Positions 56,538 to 64,000 of a stretch of 64,000 nucleotides of DNA are shown here, in pieces. A program made the translations under genes and the position numbers. The notes beneath the pieces were generated by a model. That model had not been told where the DNA came from, made no database searches, and was given only the letters and a program-made list of their open reading frames with translations. The DNA is from Epithemia pelagica (taxonomy: Eukaryota > Protista > Bacillariophyta): contig OX337239.1 of NCBI GenBank assembly GCA_946965045.2, forward strand, positions 1,364,001 through 1,428,000. The letters run 5' to 3'. The stretch's first letter is position 1. The number at the start of each line of letters is the position of its first letter.

Positions 56538-58394
56538 ATGAACAAACCACCAGCACAGTTGGTCGGAACAATAATGAAGGTGTTCCGCTGGCCAAATAGA
56601 CTCGAGAAGAAACTACCACCATGTGCTGCTGCTGCTCTCCAAAAGACATTGGCCGCATTGGTGTTGGTGGCCCTACTGTCCATTTGGATGGTTCAACTGC
56701 AGGCATCCTCAGTCATGACACACGAGCTAGCAACCGTTTCCTCCTGGTCCGACACGACCACCACCACTGGCACCTACTTGTTGTTGGCGCAAGGACCACA
56801 TCGAATGACGCTTGACAACCGCAACAAGACAAACCACCACAACCGACTAGTCAATGAGGCGGTGTTCTCACTTTCCACTCACGTGACCACCACGAAAAAC
56901 AATCGCAACCCGTCGTCTCAATCCCACTCGGTAATATCATTCGTTCGTTCTGCCACAGTCGAGAATGCCCTTGCTTTCCAATCTTGGAATGCTAGTCGTA
57001 CTGCACCTAATAATGGCGAACCAAGGTTTCGTTTCAATCATACCGAGGCAAAAAAGATTGGTTGCTGCAATACCACCGGTCATGTTTGTTTAGACACGTG
57101 CTATACCCAAGCAGCCTGTGACGATTCGTCTCTGTATCCCTTTGCCTCGGTTGCGGAACAAGAGTGGTTGCAACCCGCTCCGGGACGACGACCGGGACTT
57201 CGACTCTTTTGCAAACAGTACATGGACCAGGACCCGGTACATCATCCTGACCATCCAACCAAAAATGACAAAAAGAATTCGACGACAACAATGGCAGGCA
57301 GGATGACGACGACAGATTGGTGCCCCTTCTCCACTACGGCAACCGATCGCAACCGCACGGCAACAATGACATCCACAAACAAAGTCGATTTGCTCTCCAA
57401 GATTCCCATGGGATGTAGTAAATTTTCCATGGGTGGACGATCCGGTCCCTTTGATCGTACGTTGCTCATCCCACGTGGTAAGCTTGCCATTTGTGGAATT
57501 CCCAAGGTGGGCATTACGCAATGGTTCAAATTTGCCCGATTCCTTTTGGGTGCCGCCGATTATCAGAGCATTCCCTACAACAAACATGATTTGGCTCCCT
57601 TCTTCTTGGAGAAACTACCCCGACATCGACAAGAAGAAGTCTTGAGCAGTCCAGAATGGACGAGGGCCGTCTTTTTTCGAGATCCAGCCGAACGTCTCTT
57701 GTCAGCCTATTTGGACAAAGTTGTGGCAACCACCCATCGATTGCAGCGACGACAAGATGACCAAAACGTCGCCACCACCACCAACAACATCACGACCCCC
57801 AGCTTTGCGCAATGGGTCAAGTCCTTGGTCGACGAAACGTCCCAGCGTTGTCCGGACCATCGTGGTCCGTCGTGGTGTTGGGATCCCCATTGGCGTCCCC
57901 AAGTATATTCCTGTGGTATCAAACCACACACGACACATTCTTCTCTCTTGCCTCTGTTTGAATTTGTCGGAAGTTTGTCGCAGGCTGCCAATCACAGCAA
58001 GGCCTTGCTTCAAAACGTTGGATTGTGGGACGACCATGGTGCGCACTACATTTCGTCCCCCAAGGCACGACGATGTAAAGCACTCCCACCCAATCCCCAC
58101 ACACTGCTTCGCCGCCCACCGGGTGTTTCGGCTCCTGTTGGCTTTCAACAAAGCAGTCGGGGCAAGAACGATGGTCACACGACGGGATCTCAAAACAAAA
58201 TGGATGAGTATTATACACCGGAACTGTTGGCCTTGGTCCAACACTTGTATCATCAAGATTATGAGGTCTGGAATGCCTTGCAACACCCACAAAACGAGGG
58301 AAGGTGGGTTTCCGGTCACGTCTTGCAAGAACAACTCAGTTCACAGCACTGCCCTACGTCTGCCATGGCTCATGTGTCTGTGGTAACCGCATGA
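56538..58394 (+). CDS. Type II membrane carbohydrate sulfotransferase (Sulfotransfer_2-like)
   Basis: N-terminal TM anchor. 5'-PAPS motif CGIPKVGITQW, 3'-PAP motif FFRDPAERLLSAYLDK, and DPHWRPQ. Confidence 0.85.
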   Translation: MNKPPAQLVGTIMKVFRWPNRLEKKLPPCAAAALQKTLAALVLVALLSIWMVQLQASSVMTHELATVSSWSDTTTTTGTYLLLAQGPHRMTLDNRNKTNHHNRLVNEAVFSLSTHVTTTKNNRNPSSQSHSVISFVRSATVENALAFQSWNASRTAPNNGEPRFRFNHTEAKKIGCCNTTGHVCLDTCYTQAACDDSSLYPFASVAEQEWLQPAPGRRPGLRLFCKQYMDQDPVHHPDHPTKNDKKNSTTTMAGRMTTTDWCPFSTTATDRNRTATMTSTNKVDLLSKIPMGCSKFSMGGRSGPFDRTLLIPRGKLAICGIPKVGITQWFKFARFLLGAADYQSIPYNKHDLAPFFLEKLPRHRQEEVLSSPEWTRAVFFRDPAERLLSAYLDKVVATTHRLQRRQDDQNVATTTNNITTPSFAQWVKSLVDETSQRCPDHRGPSWCWDPHWRPQVYSCGIKPHTTHSSLLPLFEFVGSLSQAANHSKALLQNVGLWDDHGAHYISSPKARRCKALPPNPHTLLRRPPGVSAPVGFQQSSRGKNDGHTTGSQNKMDEYYTPELLALVQHLYHQDYEVWNALQHPQNEGRWVSGHVLQEQLSSQHCPTSAMAHVSVVTA

Positions 58395-58517
58395 AATGGA
58401 TTGCATCTCAGAACACAATACACACCACCGAATGATTGTCCTTGGGCACCAGTCCGTTTGGAAGGAGTCCAAGGTTGGTGGAAAGCCAAGTGATGGAGAT
58501 GGAGGTTCTTCGTCCTG

Positions 58518-58704
58518 CCCGGCGCGTGCTGTTTGATCCTGGAAAATACTGCCAACTTCGATGAACAAACCACCACCAGCAGCACAGTTGGTCTGAACAA
58601 TGATGAAGGTGTTCTACTGGCCAAATAGACTCAAGAAGAAACTACCACCATGTGCTGCTGCTCTCCAAAAGACATTGGTTTTGGTGGCCATACTGTCCAT
58701 CTGA
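58518..58704 (+). pseudogene. Tandem partial duplicate of the sulfotransferase promoter/5' coding end
   Basis: Aligns with 56319-56345 and 56535-56687. Carries GGA>TGA (58594) and TGG>TGA (58702) stops. Confidence 0.75.
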
Positions 58705-60009
58705 CCTTTCCCTGGATTCAAGGACATTTCGATATGGAATTTCACAAGACGCAAAAAAGAGCATGCCCACAATCTCTTTGTCGCCCAACAATGCAAGTGT
58801 ACCAGTTCCAACAATTCTCTGGTCGGTATTTGGGAATGTCCTCCTCACCACGACACGTAGTCACACATAAACGATGTGGCCAAGTGAGAGAAGGAGAGAG
58901 TGCACCGAGGGCATCCTTGTCCTCAATGCCATGTGGGACGATCAATACGATGGAGGAACCCAACTCAGGAGGACGAGGGGAAGGTGGTGGTTGAGAGCAT
59001 GACGGTGTATAGCAGATGAATTGCCTGGTCACAGCAACCTATTGGGTATTTTTGACACAGTCTGGAAGCTCGACAGAGCTCCACACGAACGGCGGAAGAA
59101 AAGGGATAAAAAGAGAGAAAGAAAGTTACCAAAGCATCCGTACAATATCTCGAATGGAGAAAAGGTAGCATCATCGCTCCATCCAATCACAATTGTCTAT
59201 TGGGAAAAGGAGAGAATCCCTAAATGCCATCCAAGTACACGGGAGGAAAGAGCTTTTACGTTCGTCGTGCAAAGAACTTGGATACAGACAATGAGAAGTA
59301 GCCGCAAAACGTTTTGGGAAACTCCGCCAGGAAAGGAAGAGACAAGAGACTCGACAGGGCACTCGAAGAAGTCACTTCCAGCTACTTTACCAGTCACCGC
59401 AAACTCACGAAACGATGGAATCCGTGGCACTGGAGATTGGCAACCCTAGAGGCAGCAGAACTGGCTCTGATGAAAAAAGGCTCACAACAGATCCGAGAAG
59501 AGATTCATTGTGCGACTCATATGGTTGTTTTATTTATCCGCAAGAAATAGGAATCCAGAAGAGTCCAACCCTCGAAGGGAGATATGTGAAGAAAAGTCAA
59601 CACCTCCTTGACTTAGGACTAGATGAAACGAGAAGAGGCAATCGAATCATCCCCATTTAGTTAATATATGGTACACCATCAAGACTCGACTGGTGATTCG
59701 TCTTTGATCTCTCAATGTCGTCTAGAATTGTCGTTGGTACATTCTCCATAGATGTTCCAACATGTGAAGCCAACGCGACAAGAGTCTTTCGTTTCTATGA
59801 CATGGTCGTTGTATTTACACAACAGAGGAGAAGGAAAAGAACCTCATGTGTCTTTTGCTAACCCTCTACCGTCCCACTCCTCCATTACAAGCCTTCTAAG
59901 GTAGGACTCCTACTCGTATTGTAGTAAGAGACATTTTTCAAGATTCAGAACAGTCAGAAGTCACAAACAAAAATAAAAATGTTAGAGTGGATACAGAGAA
60001 ACCACCGCC

Positions 60010-60468
60010 ATGACAAGCTCCTCCTCCTCTTCCTCGTCTAACAGTAGAAGTGGCTATGACATCAAGTCTCGGTTTAGTCGTCGGAAGTCTCTTATTTCTC
60101 TCGTGATTTCTCTCGTGATTATTCAGGTAACCGTTTTGGTCCAATATAGATTGCCCCTCAGCGTCACTCCCTGGAACACGGAGACCCTGCACCTACCTCC
60201 TGTTTTGGACACAGCGATGCTACCACCGCAACCATCGAGCCAGCTGAAGAAGAAGCTGGTGGTATTCAATGCCTTGGGCCGTCGCGAAGCGATTCAATAC
60301 AGTTGGTTTCACAAACGTCAGCATTTTGCGGATTGGGATTGCATTGCCTTTTTGTACGTCAACGAAACGAGTGTGCCGGAAGACGATTTTCACTTGATGC
60401 AATTGCAACAAACCACCGACAACGACTCGACGGCTTGCACTGTAATTCGGACACCCAGTGTAGCCTGG
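60010..60468 (+). pseudogene. Type II membrane (glycosyltransferase-like) gene truncated by retrotransposon insertion
   Basis: TM anchor SLISLVISLVIIQVTVLV. The globular sequence DWDCIAFLY..CTVIRTPSVAW ends abruptly at TGTTG (60469), with a stop soon after. Confidence 0.55.
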
Positions 60469-60736
60469 TGTTGTGGCAAGATCAGGAAACGGTAGGAGTC
60501 GACCAAAAGGCGACTGGCGAGAAGGCGAAAGAAGATGCAGATTGGATCTTGGTGAAGCGACGTGGCCAAAGAAAAGCAACACAAACGAAACAAGAAGAAG
60601 CTCATTCTAAGGAGAATACGTAGTTCGATAAGCCTATAAAGAGTTGCTTTTACGGCACGGCTTGTTTGAGTTTCAACATATTCTCCTTAGAAAATAACCA
60701 TTACATCCATTCAGTTTTTGACGTGAACTACACTGC

Positions 60737-61138
60737 ATGAGCGAAGATTCAGCAAGTCCAAGTGTAAAGAATCTTCTAACTCAACTGGCCGAACTCGCTA
60801 TTGCCGAACAGGACAGTTTACGTGCGGTTGAAGTTCGTTACCAAGAGAATCACCGTCGCAAGGAACGTCAGCACCGCGAAGCGGTCGCTGCTTTGGAACA
60901 GCAGTGGGAGATTACCAGGGATAACGACTACGACGAGTGCGAGATCCGGAAGCAGATCATCTTTGAAGATACGCAGGCAAAACGAGAACGCTTATTGGCG
61001 CAAGTGAAACAAGCCGAAGAAACACAACTCCCAAGCACTTGTGTGGCCACCTATCCTGACCACAGTGAGGCAGCCAATCCTGAAGAACCGGACCCGAGAA
61101 CAGCTGTAGTAGAACTCTCACCGAAAATCATCGGTTAG
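60737..61138 (+). CDS. Unknown 133-aa coiled-coil protein inside the putative retroelement leader/LTR
   Basis: ATG-initiated, with E/Q/R-rich heptad-like composition. Confidence 0.5.
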   Translation: MSEDSASPSVKNLLTQLAELAIAEQDSLRAVEVRYQENHRRKERQHREAVAALEQQWEITRDNDYDECEIRKQIIFEDTQAKRERLLAQVKQAEETQLPSTCVATYPDHSEAANPEEPDPRTAVVELSPKIIG

Positions 61139-61911
61139 GTTCGGCACCTCATCGGTTAGTCGAGTCCCGTGGCTTCAAACATCACCTACATCACCTACAT
61201 CCACACTACATACCTAGCTTCGCGCTAGCTCAACCTATATTTCGGTCGCATATACCAAAAAGTGAGAACAGATTGACGAACGTGCTATCACGAATCAACT
61301 TTGGTCTTGATATCCCATCAACGGATGATCATCCGTTGAACATCCGAGCCTGACCTATGCCCTAAGCGTGCGCGCCCAAATTCGTCAAGATGCGCGCAAG
61401 AACTATCCGAGCGTGGCGATCATGTATCCGACCCAACGGTCTAAGTACACAAGGCACGAATCACGATCACGCGAGACCATATCATCGTTCCCACTATTTC
61501 AAGATTGCAAACAAGGACGCGCCAACAAAACTACATATACCAACTTTAGCCAAGAATCGTTGAGGCTGTATATGATATACAAACACATATACATGTTATA
61601 TACCTCACATACATCAACTCCAACCATTCCAGACCTATCACCGCCAAGAACCTATTTCACACGATCGACAACAAGAATGGAAATCTCACACACCAAACCT
61701 AGTAGTAAGCTCACAATCATTAACATTACCATATCATCACGTCTTCAGTGTCCTGACTATCCCTACGATAGAACCCTTGGGTTTCCTTTGTTCTCTGACC
61801 CGTGGAGAACCTTGGTATCAGTTGGTAATCGATTGTGGCTCTTCTAGAGCGTGTACTGACGGAATTCTACTAGATTAACAGTCTCAACTGTCTCATTTCC
61901 CCAAAGTTTTC

Positions 61912-62691
61912 ATGTCCAGTGACTCCAATACTCCTGTCCGTCGGATCTACAACGCTTTCCAGCAGAGTGGTGACCCAACACAGCAGATTGCCGTCCACCC
62001 TGGCGAATTCCTCATCGAGACGCCCTCTAACTCCCCGGAGAAGGCTAGCGCGCCTAATCCGTTCCAGACTCCCGATCAAGTCGTCCCTCCGCCGTCCGAT
62101 CCGAATCGCCCGCCGAACACCCTTGCACGCCGACCGAGTACACCTCCTCGCCCGAACCCAACTCGCACCCGACGTACGAGCCGTCTCATCAACGCGCACC
62201 TCCGTTACTTCCGCGAGCCATCCGAGTATCAGAGCAACCCGGACCACATCCGTTCGACGCTCGAACACGAGGTCTCGTTCGAGTCCGTCCAACCCGTCGT
62301 CGACCTAGAGGATATCCAACGACTCCTAGACTTGCTATACCAATCTCCAAGCTACCGATACATAGCGACCACCCTATCGGCCACCCCATCAGGCTGCCTT
62401 CGGGTACGCTTCCTTACTTTCCAGCGTCCGGTCAATTACTTCCATACCATTTGGGTCGTGAACAAGACTAACCAACCTCTTCCTACCTTGACTACCCGTC
62501 TCGACGACTACGTTGGTTTCATCCAAGTTATCAAGTTGCACCAGGACTTCCGTGCCACTATCTTCCCTCTACTCACCCAACCAGTGAACCACCTAGTTGA
62601 GGACCACAACGGCAACGAAGAAGCTACCTCTGTTACTGAGTCTCCGATTCAACTTGATTACCACAACGAGCCCAGAAGTGACCACGTTTAA
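61912..62691 (+). CDS. Unknown 259-aa ORF upstream of gag (Pro-rich N-half, globular C-half)
   Basis: Intact ATG-TAA ORF with C-rich composition, ending 213 bp before the gag ATG. Confidence 0.6.
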   Translation: MSSDSNTPVRRIYNAFQQSGDPTQQIAVHPGEFLIETPSNSPEKASAPNPFQTPDQVVPPPSDPNRPPNTLARRPSTPPRPNPTRTRRTSRLINAHLRYFREPSEYQSNPDHIRSTLEHEVSFESVQPVVDLEDIQRLLDLLYQSPSYRYIATTLSATPSGCLRVRFLTFQRPVNYFHTIWVVNKTNQPLPTLTTRLDDYVGFIQVIKLHQDFRATIFPLLTQPVNHLVEDHNGNEEATSVTESPIQLDYHNEPRSDHV

Positions 62692-62904
62692 GTAATTTTA
62701 AGTAGTTTTCACACCAAACCAGAGACAAAACCGAGTTCCGCACATCCGGGTTACCTTTCGGACATCACATCACACGTGGACATACGTGGCACATCCGGGT
62801 TCAAAAGGCACACCACACATCCGGGTTACAAAACTTAACTAAAGTTTTCGACTAAGACATCACAGGACACATATCAACATATCTTATCACCAAGTCAAGC
62901 AATC

Positions 62905-64000
62905 ATGGAACCAACTACACCGACCACACCAGAGTTCAACACCAATCAAAGTATATCTGATCAAGAAGTCTTTGATCATATTACTCAGGTGTTGTTCAAC
63001 TTTTCCAAGGAAAGGGTCGATGTACTCGTGAAATGGATGCACCATCATGCTTTTGATGATATCCTTAGTATCATTGAACATATGGCAATTGACCCTGAGA
63101 AGAACATGGATAGTATGACCAAATACAAGTCAGGAAAACAAATGCATGACCTACATGTCAATACAAGCCAGCAGATCAAGTTGCTTGCCCATTGGTTCCG
63201 ACAAACGAGTATCGACATTCAGGGTATACCTTCCAAGGCAACCTGGATGAATCTGACCAAGGCAGAATTTGATCTATGGAGGATAAACACTGACTTTCGC
63301 TCCGGAAGCCCTATCAACGACCCAGTATCACCTATGAAATCTCCATCCCATTTGACGTCACCCAAATCGTTTAGTACTACTTCTGCTGCATCACAGTCCC
63401 AACTGGACCTAACCGCATTCAAGAAGGGAACTAAGCGTGACGCTATGGCATATGAAACATTCAAGGATGAACGATACTACGACACGTTCTGGAGGACTTT
63501 CAAGACCACAGCAAAAGCCCAAGGTTTATCTAATGTTCTTGACTTCCGATACAAGCCGCCGACGAATGATACGTATGTAACAGAACTTTTCCAAGAGCAA
63601 CAAATCTTCCTATACTCCGTCCTTGTGCGCATCATCCAGACTGATCAAGGAAGAGCTTATGTTCGCGAACATGAACATGATGAAGACGCACGAGCAGTGT
63701 TACAGAAGCTTCACACATTGCATACGAAGTCAGACTTAGCGAAACGAGAGGTCTTACGATTAACCAATTACATCTCCAACCTTCGCCTCGATGATACATG
63801 GCGTGGATCATCACGTCAATTTTTGCTTCATTTCCAAGACAAACTACGTTTACTCGACAACCTTGTTGATCTCTCTGATCGCATACCTGATCACACTAGG
63901 ATGACGTTTCTTATGCAAGCTGTCGAGAAGGTACCTGACCTTCGCAGAGTTAAAATCTTGGACAACGTCGTCAACACGAAGTCTGGAGCAAAGTCTCTAT
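62905..64000 (+). CDS. gag: CoDi-type Gag(-Pol) ORF, 3'-truncated by the window (absent from the ORF track)
   Basis: Translated by hand with no stop to the window end: FKKGTKRDAMAYETFKDERYYDTFWRTFKTTAKAQGLSNVLD...QTDQGRAYVREHEHDEDARAVLQKL...LRLDDTWRGSSRQFLLHF. Confidence 0.85.
   Translation, partial: MEPTTPTTPEFNTNQSISDQEVFDHITQVLFNFSKERVDVLVKWMHHHAFDDILSIIEHMAIDPEKNMDSMTKYKSGKQMHDLHVNTSQQIKLLAHWFRQTSIDIQGIPSKATWMNLTKAEFDLWRINTDFRSGSPINDPVSPMKSPSHLTSPKSFSTTSAASQSQLDLTAFKKGTKRDAMAYETFKDERYYDTFWRTFKTTAKAQGLSNVLDFRYKPPTNDTYVTELFQEQQIFLYSVLVRIIQTDQGRAYVREHEHDEDARAVLQKLHTLHTKSDLAKREVLRLTNYISNLRLDDTWRGSSRQFLLHFQDKLRLLDNLVDLSDRIPDHTRMTFLMQAVEKVPDLRRVKILDNVVNTKSGAKSL

Larger units (their letters stand above)
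60469..64000 (+). mobile_element. 5' part of a second CoDi-type copia LTR retrotransposon, running off the window
   Basis: Starts with TGTTG and has TATAAA at 60635. A CoDi gag ORF is open from 62905 to the window end. The left boundary is inferred and the LTR end is not determined. Confidence 0.7.

Noticed and set aside
59021-59660. Overlapping short basic ORFs
   Set aside because: They are fragmentary. They may be a remnant of the duplicated gene but are not assignable.
61813-61821. TGGTATCAG as the tRNA-iMet PBS of the second element
   Set aside because: Only 9 nt match, it continues TTGG rather than AGC, and it is not preceded by a CA LTR end. The LTR boundary is left undetermined.

Overview
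This is eukaryotic nuclear DNA with short GT-AG introns. It is most likely from a pennate diatom. That is an inference from plastid presequences of the ASAFAP type, a DUF6824 protein, a receptor-type nucleotide cyclase, PT-repeat proteins and CoDi-type Ty1/copia elements. About 17 host genes are visible: a DUF4079 protein, a disrupted ZNFX1-like helicase, a SAM protein, a fibrillin, an M12B protease with a PT stalk, a basic-repeat protein, a DUF6824 protein, two low-complexity proteins, a His/Asp-rich receptor cyclase, a b5-less desaturase, a DUF2358 protein, a Kelch propeller next to an IRAK/Pelle-like kinase, a sulfotransferase with a dead partial copy, and a truncated type II membrane protein. 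A complete, very young copia LTR retrotransposon lies at 22723-29014. It has identical 121-bp LTRs, non-TG..CA ends, a candidate tRNA-Ile anticodon-arm primer site, gag and pol separated by one in-frame UGA-CGG, and a chromodomain-like module. A second copia element starts near 60469, carries two unexplained ORFs upstream of gag and runs off the window. There are also two MITEs and a three-copy 390-bp repeat. The strongest leads are the probable Kelch-kinase-RING-ROCO-like fusion protein, the unusual features of the first retrotransposon, and the accessory ORFs of the second. No rRNA, tRNA or CRISPR array was seen. Family assignments come from motif recognition only; no database searches were run.
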